From: an uncultured Spirochaetota bacterium | GTDB taxonomy: Bacteria > Spirochaetota > Spirochaetia > SZUA-6 > Fen-1364 | Assembly (NCBI GenBank): GCA_963745235.1 | Contig: CAVUXE010000052.1 | Span: forward strand, 160,001-224,000 | Reading direction: 5' to 3' | DNA: 64,000 bases | Part shown: positions 55,599-64,000 of the stretch, piece by piece | Position numbering within the stretch: position 1 is the stretch's first letter | How the letters are laid out: every line of letters begins with the position of its first letter | Program-made: the position numbers and the translations under genes | Notes under the pieces: generated by a model | Seen by the model: the letters and a program-made list of their open reading frames with translations, nothing else | What the model was told of the DNA's origin: nothing | Databases searched by the model: none

Positions 55599-57020
55599 TC
55601 AGGCCCCCCTGCTCTCGCGAGTGTCAGCGGCTGCCAGCGGGCTTCTCACTCGCCCGCCTTCGGCGTCCCTGCCTATGGGCGAGCTTCCGCCATCCCTGGC
55701 TCGCCCGCCTTCGGCGTCCCTGCCTATAGGCGAGCTTCCGCCATCCCTGGCTCGCCCGCCTTCGGCATCCTTGCCTATAGGCGAGCTTCCGCCATCCGTC
55801 GTGGAAGGCCGCTGCACGGCCGCCCCCGCCGTCCCGGCCCTGCCGCGCGCAAATCTCTTCTCCAGCGCTTCCCGGTCGACGCGAAAGCCCTCCATGTTCA
55901 TCAGCAGACGCACTACGCCTGCTTCCTGGATGTCCTGGGGCACGCCCTGCCCGTCACAAAGGTACGCTATTGGCTTTCGATGCCTCGAGAGGCACGAAAC
56001 AATGTTGCCAATCCTCATGGTCTCGTCCAGCTTCGTGAGCACCACGGCGCGGTAGCCGAAAGGCTCGAACTGCCGCAGGATTTCCTCCGTGTCGCTCGCC
56101 TTGGTTGTCGCGGACAGCGCAAGGTAGACACACGCCTGGCTCCCGCATGCTGCCAGAATTTCCTTCATCTCGGCGAGTTTTGCAAGGTCGCGCGGGCTGC
56201 GGCCGATGGTATCTATCAGGATGAGCTCCGCATCCTGGTTGAAGGCAAGGCAGTTCTGCAGGTCCGAAGCGCTCTCCACCAGGCTCACCGGGATTCGCAT
56301 GATCTCCGCGTAGGTTTCTATCTGCTGCTTTGCGGCTATGCGGTAGTTGTCGATGGTGATTATCCGGACCTTGCGGGGGGGCTGCCGACCATCCCCGATC
56401 CCGTGGATGGCAGCGAGCTTCGCGATGGTTGTCGTCTTGCCGACCCCCGTGGGACCGACGATGATGAGGATCCGCGTTCCCTTTCCCGCGACGCCAAGAG
56501 GTTGATCTATCTCGATCCGCTCACCGATCCATCCCACCACGGCAGCCATGAGCTGAGGATAGTTCTCCAGGGCCTCGAGGGAAAACTCCTTCTTTGCGCG
56601 CTCCCGGATGGCGGCAATGAACTCTTCCGAAAAGTCGTTTGCCGCGAGAAGGTCCTCCATCTTCGCCAGGGAGGGATGGAGGTCGGAGCCCGTGGCATCG
56701 GTCCCCGTGGTGGCCACGGCGTGGGCATCCAGGGATACACGCAGGCTCTGGATTTCCTTGAGGAGGACCTGGAGGCCTTGCTCCTTCCTGACGGTCTCGA
56801 GGATACGCTTCTTCTCTTCCTCCACTTCCGCCTTCCTTTTCCTGGCCCCGTCGTCAGACAGGTAGCCGGTCACCTCGACTCCTTCGCGGACGAACATTCC
56901 CAGGAAGCCGCCCATGCGGACGCTCCTGTGGGTGAGGATTCGCGCGTCCTCCCCGTACGTGAGCTTCATTTTTTCAATCGCTTCCCTGTTGCTTCGCGCC
57001 TGGATCGTGAAGTATTGCAT
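55599..57020 (-). CDS. flhF: SRP-type GTPase FlhF with repeat-derived C-terminal extension
   Basis: GPTGVGKTTT, DTIG, TKLDE, GQGVPQDI. Confidence 0.94.
   Translation of the reverse strand: MQYFTIQARSNREAIEKMKLTYGEDARILTHRSVRMGGFLGMFVREGVEVTGYLSDDGARKRKAEVEEEKKRILETVRKEQGLQVLLKEIQSLRVSLDAHAVATTGTDATGSDLHPSLAKMEDLLAANDFSEEFIAAIRERAKKEFSLEALENYPQLMAAVVGWIGERIEIDQPLGVAGKGTRILIIVGPTGVGKTTTIAKLAAIHGIGDGRQPPRKVRIITIDNYRIAAKQQIETYAEIMRIPVSLVESASDLQNCLAFNQDAELILIDTIGRSPRDLAKLAEMKEILAACGSQACVYLALSATTKASDTEEILRQFEPFGYRAVVLTKLDETMRIGNIVSCLSRHRKPIAYLCDGQGVPQDIQEAGVVRLLMNMEGFRVDREALEKRFARGRAGTAGAAVQRPSTTDGGSSPIGKDAEGGRARDGGSSPIGRDAEGGRARDGGSSPIGRDAEGGRVRSPLAAADTRESRGA
55649..55797. repeat. ~3 x 51-bp palindromic (REP-like) tandem repeat inside the flhF 3' end
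   Basis: Units start at 55649, 55700, 55751; CTCGCC...GGCGAG stem with inner GGC-GTCCCT-GCC, then GCC-ATCCCT-GGC. Confidence 0.92.
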
Positions 57021-57035
57021 TCCCCTCCCCCTAAG

Positions 57036-59121
57036 CTACCCTTCCAACCGAATCTCTCCAAGCGCCTCCACGGCGATATCCGGGGCGACCTCGAGGCTCG
57101 AGATGACAGCCAGGTGCGGCATCTCGCGCATCGTGCTGGATTTCACCAGCGGCCGGGCCGCCTCCGAGCACAGCACCACCTCATGGTAACCGCCCTCCTG
57201 GACGCTCTTGACCGCGTTTGCGAGAGCAGTGATCCACTTTCTGTGCGTTGCGGGATCCAGACCCGCGGCAATGCCTCTGTTTGTTTCCACGCGGGAGTCG
57301 ATGATCTTCTTCTCCAGGGACGGCTCTATGGTGAGGACCCGGAGCGTCTTCTTGTCGTCCGCGTACTGGAGGCAGATCTGCCTTCCCAGGGCCTGGCGGA
57401 CCTTCTCGATCAGGAAGCCCACATCCTTCGTGACTGAGCCGTAGTCCGCAAGGGTCTCCAGGATGATCACCATGTTTCGCACCGAGACCCTCTCCGTGAG
57501 CAGGCCCTGGAGCACCTTCTGGATCTCCCCGACGGACAGGACCTTCTTCACCTCTTCCACCACGGCCGGGTAGTCCGTCTTGAGGGCGTCCAGGATGGAC
57601 TGGACTTCCTGCCGACCGAGGATGTCCGCGGCGTACCTCTTGATGATCTCCGTGAGGTGCGTCGCGATGATGGAAGGGGGATCCACCACGGTGTAGCCCA
57701 GCCTCTCCGCCTTCTCCCTGTCCTCCTCCGCAATCCACACCGCCGGAAGCCCGAACGCGGGGTCCTTCGTCGACTCTCCCTGCACCTGCTCCGTCAAGCG
57801 CCCGGGCTGGATGGCCAGGTAGTACCCCATCTTGATCTTGCCTCGTCCGACCTCGACGCCCCGGATCTTGAATGAATACTCGGAGGGCTCCAGGCGCATA
57901 TTGTCAATGATCCGTATGCGCGGCACGACGAGTCCCAGCTCCAGGGCAGATTCACGTCGGATGCGGGTGATGCGGTCCAGCAGCTCCGCCCCTTGCTCCT
58001 TGTCGACAAGCGGGATGAGCCCGTAGCCGATCTCCAGGGAAAGAGGGTCAAGGGGAACGACGGGGGAGATTTCCGCCGGGGCTGCTTTCTCCCTGTCGGC
58101 AACCTCCTTGGTCCTTGTCTTTTCTTCCTCCGCGATCTGCTTCCTGGTGAGGCTGAACCCGAGCACCCCTATGAGGATGGCCATGGGGATCAGGACGTAC
58201 CAGGGGAAACCCGGCAGGAACGACAGGAGCACCAGGAATGCCGCGGCAATGAGGTACGGCCGGGACTGGGCGGAGAACTGCTTCGTGATGTCCTTGCCGA
58301 AGGAGGAATCGGAGATCGCCCGCGTGACAATGATGCCCGGTTGCCGTGGAGATCAGGAGCGCGGGCAGCTGGGTGACCAGGCCGTCTCCGATGGAGAGGG
58401 AGATGTACGTGTTCAAAGCGACATCCAGGGGCTCCCCGTGCAGCGTCATACCGACAATGAGGCCGCCAACGATCTGCACAACCGTGATGAGGATTCCCAC
58501 CTTCACGTTCCCGGAGATGAACTTGGAGGCGCCATCCATTGACCCGTAGAAGTCGGCTTCCCTCTGCAGGTTGTTCTTCCGGCGAGTGGCATCCTCCTCC
58601 GTGATGAGCCCCGAGTTGTACTCCGCCTCTATTGCCATCTGCTTTCCGGGCAGAGCATCCAGGGTGAAGCGGGCGGCCACCTCGGCCACGCGCGTGGCGC
58701 CTTTCGTGATCACGATAAACTGGACGGCGATGATGATGATGAAGATGATGAGCCCGATCACGTACCCCTCGACACCCCGGGTTCCAACAACGAAGGTGGC
58801 GAAGGCGCGGATGATGTGACCGTTGAACTGGCTTCCCTTGGAAAGGATGAGCCGCGTCGAGGAGACGTTCAAGGCAAGCCCGAAAACCGTCGCAATCAGG
58901 AGCAAGGTCGGGAAAACGGAGAACTCCAGCGCGTGCCGGGTATACAGCACGGTGAGGATGATGAGGAGTGACAGCACGAGGTTCGCCGCGAGAAGAACGT
59001 CCAGAAGGACGGCCGGGAGAGGGATCAGCATCATCATGATCACGACGACGACGCCGATGGCAACCAGGACATCGCTTCTCTGCTGCCAGAGATTTCCGAC
59101 TACAGCGCGCGCATCAGCCAT
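57036..59121 (-). CDS. flhA: Flagellar export protein FlhA (frameshift near 58340)
   Basis: RVAEVAARFTLDALPGKQM, GDGLVTQ, RIRIIDN. Confidence 0.95.
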
Positions 59122-59142
59122 GGCACGTTCCTCTCATCCCAA

Positions 59143-60345
59143 TCATATCGCGGCCTCGCCGGACCCAACGCCCTCGGCCGCAAACTGTGCCGCTGACTTG
59201 TTGTTCAGGCGGTAGACTTCCGCGAGGATCGTCGACATGACCTCATAGAACTTCTCCGGGATCACGTCCCCTATCTCGACCTCCCTGTACAGGGCCTGGG
59301 CGAGCGGCTTGTTCTCCATGATGGGAACGTTGTTCTCCGTTGCGATCTCCCGGATCCGCTGCGCAATCATGTCGGCTCCCTTGGCCACCACGGTAGGAGC
59401 CGGCATGAGCGCGCGGTTGTATTCAAGAGCGACAGCGTAGTGCGTCGGGTTCGTGATGACCACGTCCGCCTTCGGAACCGCCCGCAGCATATTGCGGCGC
59501 ATGATCTCGCGCATGCGCTCGCGCAGCCTGCTTCGCGTGAGCGGGTCCCCCTCGTACATCTTCCGCTCCTCCTTGACCTCCTGGCGTGACATCTTGAGGG
59601 ACTCGATGTGCTGCCGGCGCTGAAACCAGTAGTCGAACGCGGAGAAAGCGAGCAGCGCGACCGCGGCTTCCAGCAGGATGCGAAACGCGATCTGGGCGAT
59701 CGCGGAGACCCCGGAGAAGAAGGGGGACATGGCCAGGCGCGTCAGGCGCGGGATCCCGGACCTGATGTTGAGATACGCGATGGTCGCGATCAGCGCGATC
59801 TTGATCACCGCCTTGGCGAGGTTGAACAGGGCTTCCGGGGAACCGAAGGACCGGGAAAACCACCTTCCGAACCTGGGCGTTATGCGGGTGAAATCCGGCG
59901 TGATGGGCTTCGCGGTGAACAGGAAGCCCACCTGGATCACGTTGGCCAGGATGGCGACAACGAACGCCACGGCGAGGATCGGGAGACCGATCTTGGCCGC
60001 CCAGCTGAGGAATGCGGTCAGGAGACCTCCATTAAAAGCGCCGGGAGAACCGGCGACGGACAGGAAGAACCTCAGCATCTCCGCGGAGGACCTCAGCATG
60101 TAGTCCCCCAGAAGCCCAAGAGTGGCGATGCCGGCCAGCAGAACAAGGGAAGAGCTGAACTCCGAGGACTTCGCGACTTTGCCCTCTTCCCGGGCCTTGC
60201 GGATCTTGTGCTCCGACGGCTCCTCTGTTCGGCCCTCGTCCTCTGCCGCGAACCACTGCAGGTGGACATCAAACGGCGTGGACAAGGGAAAAGACGGGAG
60301 GCGGAGAAGCAGGCCGGAAAAGTCCGCGGCGAAGGCTCCCCTCAT
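59143..60345 (-). CDS. flhB: Flagellar export protein FlhB
   Basis: NPTH autocleavage motif, KAREEG, EGDP. Confidence 0.95.
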   Translation of the reverse strand: MRGAFAADFSGLLLRLPSFPLSTPFDVHLQWFAAEDEGRTEEPSEHKIRKAREEGKVAKSSEFSSSLVLLAGIATLGLLGDYMLRSSAEMLRFFLSVAGSPGAFNGGLLTAFLSWAAKIGLPILAVAFVVAILANVIQVGFLFTAKPITPDFTRITPRFGRWFSRSFGSPEALFNLAKAVIKIALIATIAYLNIRSGIPRLTRLAMSPFFSGVSAIAQIAFRILLEAAVALLAFSAFDYWFQRRQHIESLKMSRQEVKEERKMYEGDPLTRSRLRERMREIMRRNMLRAVPKADVVITNPTHYAVALEYNRALMPAPTVVAKGADMIAQRIREIATENNVPIMENKPLAQALYREVEIGDVIPEKFYEVMSTILAEVYRLNNKSAAQFAAEGVGSGEAAI

Positions 60346-61124
60346 TTCCCCACTCCCAGCACGAAGCCCTCGATGGTCTGGAAGCTTCCGTCGATGATTC
60401 TTTCGAATGTCGTCATCAGGAACGGAAGGGCGGCAAACAGAATGATGAAAGACACCCCGATGGACAGGGGAAATCCCATGGTCAGGACGTCCATCTGCGG
60501 GGCCGCCTTCGCGAGAAGGCCCATGGCAATGGAGACCAGAAGCAGCGTTCCCAGGATGGGGAAGGAAATCGTGAGAGCGCTCTGGAAAAGCCCACCGATC
60601 CCGCTCACCAGGAGAGAGATGATGGCATCCCGGTGCGTCACCAGGTCCACCGCGCGAAGGTGCTGGAAGGATCTGAGGACGCCGACCAAGAGGAACTTCC
60701 CGGTGCCCGAAATGGCAATGAAGACCAGCATCGCAATCAAGTTCAGGAACTCCCCCATGAGGGGGATTTCGACCTGGGACAACGGGTCGAAGACTTCCGC
60801 GGCGCTGAAGCCCATCTGGAGGGAAAAGAAGTGTCCGGCCAGCTGGAACGCGGAGAAAATGAGAAGGAGAAGAAACCCGATCAGCAGACCGATGGCCACC
60901 TCTCCCAGGACGAGAAAAAAGTAGTCCACGGGGTTTGCGGGGATGGCGTATCCATATTGTAGTACCCAGGGAAAGACAGTGGCCGCGGTGAAAAAGGAAA
61001 GGCCGATCTTCGCGATCTGCGGAATGGAAGACGATGAGAGAAGAGGGGCCACCTCCACCATGGCGATGACGCGGAAGAACACGAGGAGAAAAAGCCGTAT
61101 GTTGGTGACCAGCGCTTCTATCAT
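60342..61124 (-). CDS. fliR: Flagellar export protein FliR
   Basis: QMGF, KAAPQMDV; position in operon. Confidence 0.93.
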   Translation of the reverse strand: MIEALVTNIRLFLLVFFRVIAMVEVAPLLSSSSIPQIAKIGLSFFTAATVFPWVLQYGYAIPANPVDYFFLVLGEVAIGLLIGFLLLLIFSAFQLAGHFFSLQMGFSAAEVFDPLSQVEIPLMGEFLNLIAMLVFIAISGTGKFLLVGVLRSFQHLRAVDLVTHRDAIISLLVSGIGGLFQSALTISFPILGTLLLVSIAMGLLAKAAPQMDVLTMGFPLSIGVSFIILFAALPFLMTTFERIIDGSFQTIEGFVLGVGK

Positions 61125-61128
61125 CGCT

Positions 61129-61392
61129 TTAAATGTTCGAAATCATTGAAAACAGCCTGTGCGTGTATCCCACCAGGGAGTCCAGCAGGAACCGTCCGAA
61201 CAGGATCAGCCCCAGGAGAATGGCGGCTATCTTGGGAACGAAACTGAGGGTCTGCTCCTGGATGGATGTCGTTGCCTGCAGGATGGCGACAATAAGGCCA
61301 ACGGCCATTCCAACCAGGAGGAGCGGGCCCGCCACAATGAGGGTTTCCAGGACTCCCTCCCGCACGATCGCAATCGCCGTTCCCATGGTCAT
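61129..61392 (-). CDS. fliQ: Flagellar export protein FliQ
   Basis: QATTSIQEQTLSFVPK. Confidence 0.95.
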   Translation of the reverse strand: MTMGTAIAIVREGVLETLIVAGPLLLVGMAVGLIVAILQATTSIQEQTLSFVPKIAAILLGLILFGRFLLDSLVGYTHRLFSMISNI

Positions 61393-62207
61393 TTGAAGCT
61401 CCTTACCAGCTGCATGGTGAGCAGACCCCAGCCGTCCACGAGCACGAAGAGAATCAGCTTGAACGGCATGGAGATCATCACCGGCGGCACCATGATCATT
61501 CCCATGGACATGAGGGTGGAAGCGACCACCATGTCGATGATGATGAACGGGATGAATAGAAGTATCCCGATCTTGAACGCCACGGTCATTTCGTGGATCA
61601 CGAAGGCCGGAATCAGCACGTAGGTCGGGACGTCCGCAAGCGTGCGCGGCTTCGGAAGGCCCCTCATGCTCATGAACAGGCGGATCTGCTCGGCGTCGTT
61701 TCCGATCTGCCGGTACATGAAGATCCGCAATGGCTTCTCGGCGTTGGAGTACATCTCCTGCAGGCCCATTTTCCCCTCACCAAAAGGCTTCAGGGAGGTC
61801 TCGTAGATCTGGCTGAAGGTGGGCCACATGATGAACAACGTGAGGAAGAGCGCCAGCCCCATCATCACCTGGTTGGGAGGGGCTGACTGCAGTGACAGGG
61901 CGCGCTTGATGAAATCGAAGACGATTGCGATGCGCAGAAAAGCCGTCATCAGGATGAGGATGGAGGGCGCAAGGGCCAGGACGGTGAGCAGCAGGAGGAG
62001 CTGCACGGAGAGAACAACCTCCTGGTTGCTGCGCGCCGTCCGCACGTTGAAGTCCACGAACGGCACGGGCAGGTTTGCCGCGCCGGCGGCGCCCGCGCGG
62101 GGAACGCCCGCGGCGGGAGCCGGCACCGCGGCCTGGGCAAACGCGCCGGGAGGGAGGAACGCTGCAAGAATCATCGCCAGCAGGACGGCGGCGAGGGTTT
62201 TCTTCAT
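61389..62207 (-). CDS. fliP: Flagellar export protein FliP
   Basis: PPNQV, MGMIMVPP, PFKLILFVLVDGW. Confidence 0.96.
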   Translation of the reverse strand: MKKTLAAVLLAMILAAFLPPGAFAQAAVPAPAAGVPRAGAAGAANLPVPFVDFNVRTARSNQEVVLSVQLLLLLTVLALAPSILILMTAFLRIAIVFDFIKRALSLQSAPPNQVMMGLALFLTLFIMWPTFSQIYETSLKPFGEGKMGLQEMYSNAEKPLRIFMYRQIGNDAEQIRLFMSMRGLPKPRTLADVPTYVLIPAFVIHEMTVAFKIGILLFIPFIIIDMVVASTLMSMGMIMVPPVMISMPFKLILFVLVDGWGLLTMQLVRSFK

Positions 62208-62881
62208 AACTTTTTCAGCTTGTCTCTCTGGCCGCGCAGGAATCCCACCCCGTCTCCCAGGGAGATGGGGCGAGCCGCCGGGCGGAATATCTCCGAAAGA
62301 AGCTCCTGGAAGCTCCGCCGTCCCGCGGGGCTTTCCTCAGCGGCCTTCAGCCTCACGGAGTCGAGGCTTTCCTTGTCCTTGATCTCCGAGATGAGCTCTA
62401 CACCGCCGTCGGAAGCGCCCACAAGGAACACGGAGGAGCCGACCTCCACGAGGTGCAGCGACTTGTTCCCTGCCAGGCTCCGGGAGCCCAGCACGCGAAT
62501 GAGGTCGTTCTCCGTGATCTTTCTGCCCGTGCTTCTGCGGAGAATCCAGAACAGCAGGTAGATGGCCCCGACCACCGCCGCGAGAATGATGAGCATTCTC
62601 ACGAAGTCCCAGGTGGAGACCCCCGGCGTGGAGATCTGGACCCCCGGCGTCGACTGGCCGGCCTGCGCACCCTGGCCCGCCCCCGGGGCATTTCTCCCCG
62701 GGACGGCCGTCCGTGAGCTTCCGTCTCCGCTGTCTGGAATGATGAGCTCAGACTCGTTGGGACTTGCCTGGGCTCCTGAAGCGCCCGCCGGAAAGGCTCC
62801 GGCCGGGGTGTCTTTGGCCTGTGCCGCCACGGGCATCGCAGCCAGGACGAGCGCCAAAGCGGCACCCGCCAGAAAACGCAT
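62204..62881 (-). CDS. fliO: Flagellar biosynthesis protein FliO/FliZ
   Basis: TM helix then VLGSRSL...LHLVEVG...LISEI; upstream of fliP. Confidence 0.85.
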   Translation of the reverse strand: MRFLAGAALALVLAAMPVAAQAKDTPAGAFPAGASGAQASPNESELIIPDSGDGSSRTAVPGRNAPGAGQGAQAGQSTPGVQISTPGVSTWDFVRMLIILAAVVGAIYLLFWILRRSTGRKITENDLIRVLGSRSLAGNKSLHLVEVGSSVFLVGASDGGVELISEIKDKESLDSVRLKAAEESPAGRRSFQELLSEIFRPAARPISLGDGVGFLRGQRDKLKKL

Positions 62882-62973
62882 CAGTTCTTTCAGATTCCCC
62901 CTCCCAGTAAAAATCTGAAAACGCGTGATGCGCGCTCACGGCAACCACGCCGGGCGTGCAGGCCGAAAACGCG

Positions 62974-64000
62974 CTATGTCAGCTCGTTCATCCTGTCCAT
63001 CTGCGAAACGATCTCCGTTACGCGGACTCCGAAGTTTTCATCTATGACGACCACTTCCCCCTTCGCAATGAGCTTGTGGTTGACAAGGATATCGACGGGT
63101 TCTCCCGCCAGCTTGTCCAGCTCGATGATTGTGCCTTCGCCGATTCCGAGGATGTCCTTGATTCTCTTTCGCGTTCGCCCCAGCTCCACGGTCATCTCCA
63201 TGTAAACATCCATGAGAAGACCGATATTCCCCTGCTCGCCGCTGGCGGGGGCGCCTTGCAGGTTGGCAAACTGGATGGGCTGAACGTTCGGAGGAGCCAT
63301 CGCGGGTCCCTGGGCCGGGCCTCCGAATGCCTGGCCGAATGTCTGCTGGAACCCCGCGTCCGGTGCCGGCTGCGAGGACCGCGCCGCCCCGCGCGCCGCG
63401 GGCCGTCCCGCCGGCGCGGCTGCTCCGAAAGCGGCCGCCGGTTGCGCAGCCTCGCTGCCTCCCGCGAGGGACAGTATCTCGGATGCCAGAGACAGGGAGA
63501 AGATCTCCGTCAGGGTAGTGGCGGGGAAGCCCTCGATCGAAATGGGGTATTCCACCGTGACACACACGTCCCCCTGGGGAACCCGGGCCTGCTGCCTCCG
63601 TGTGCGCCGAAGGTCCGGCGGCGCGGTCTTCACGACCCTGCCAACCCGGTTCCCGATGGCCGTTGCGGCCGTCCCCGTGATCTGTGAAACAGCCTCCGCC
63701 ACCGCGGACAAGGAGGCCTCGTCCAGCTCACCGCCCTGCTGTCCCATCATCAGGCCGGCGATGGTGCCGGCTATGCTGGCAGGAACGATGTAGGAGTGCT
63801 CGCCCTGCAGGCCGTCCGTCAGGTCCACGCGGACGTCCACCACATCTTCCGGCTGCCCTCCCAGGATCTCCGAGACGGCCCGGACCTTCACGCTCGGGTC
63901 CCCGATTGTCACGGTCTTTCCGGTCAGGATGGAAAGATTCGACCCCTGGCTCTCCGTGATGCCCCGCAGCATTTCCTGGAGCGCATTCCTCTCCGCCTCC
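62974..64000 (-). CDS. fliY: Flagellar switch protein FliY/FliN, 5'-truncated by window edge
   Basis: CheC-like N-terminal part; FliN domain VELGR...KGEVVVIDENFGVR. Confidence 0.9.
   Translation of the reverse strand, partial: EAERNALQEMLRGITESQGSNLSILTGKTVTIGDPSVKVRAVSEILGGQPEDVVDVRVDLTDGLQGEHSYIVPASIAGTIAGLMMGQQGGELDEASLSAVAEAVSQITGTAATAIGNRVGRVVKTAPPDLRRTRRQQARVPQGDVCVTVEYPISIEGFPATTLTEIFSLSLASEILSLAGGSEAAQPAAAFGAAAPAGRPAARGAARSSQPAPDAGFQQTFGQAFGGPAQGPAMAPPNVQPIQFANLQGAPASGEQGNIGLLMDVYMEMTVELGRTRKRIKDILGIGEGTIIELDKLAGEPVDILVNHKLIAKGEVVVIDENFGVRVTEIVSQMDRMNELT

Noticed and set aside
55649-55797. CRISPR array in flhF
   Set aside because: Head-to-tail near-identical units with no spacers
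54837-57437. 866-aa plus-strand ORF and similar long antisense ORFs (e.g. 51591-52994, 59608-60924)
   Set aside because: Stop-poor shadow frames of real genes in high-GC DNA, with no recognisable motifs

Overview
High-GC bacterial chromosomal window, most likely from a free-living spirochaete. This is inferred from the fliY-fliO-fliPQR-flhBAFG-fliA-fapA-cheWAY order, a type-2 IleRS, two EF-G paralogues and spirochaete-style lipoproteins. Left ~20 kb (accessory): end of cydB; a PAP2 enzyme; a five-gene phospho-signalling operon (hypothetical, metallophosphoesterase, membrane Ser/Thr kinase, multi-TM FHA protein, vWA-TM-FHA protein); queF-yhhQ; a divergent class II aldolase; a GH1 glucosidase; an ArsR-dsrE2-tusA-dsrM/K-like sulfur-redox operon; an ArsR-hypA-Mrp(HypB-like) operon; iscS-thiI. 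The rest is core: hisHF, ileS, argS, two EF-Gs, nnr, secA, M23/LysM peptidases, ftsI-like PBP, maf, chemotaxis and flagellar export genes. Many essential genes carry indels, most simply read as sequencing/assembly errors. Most notable: (1) one 21-bp repeat unit (core GCGCCCAGGGAAGCGC, read as AQGSA) expanded in the same frame inside three unrelated genes, plus a 51-bp palindromic repeat inside flhF; (2) a DsrM/NarI-like cytochrome b with an N-terminal tail bearing three flavinylation-like motifs; (3) the kinase/phosphatase/vWA/FHA operon; (4) a Thermococcales-style HypA plus ATPase-type HypB pair. No rRNA, tRNA, CRISPR array or transposase was seen. All calls come from motif recognition by eye; no database searches were run.
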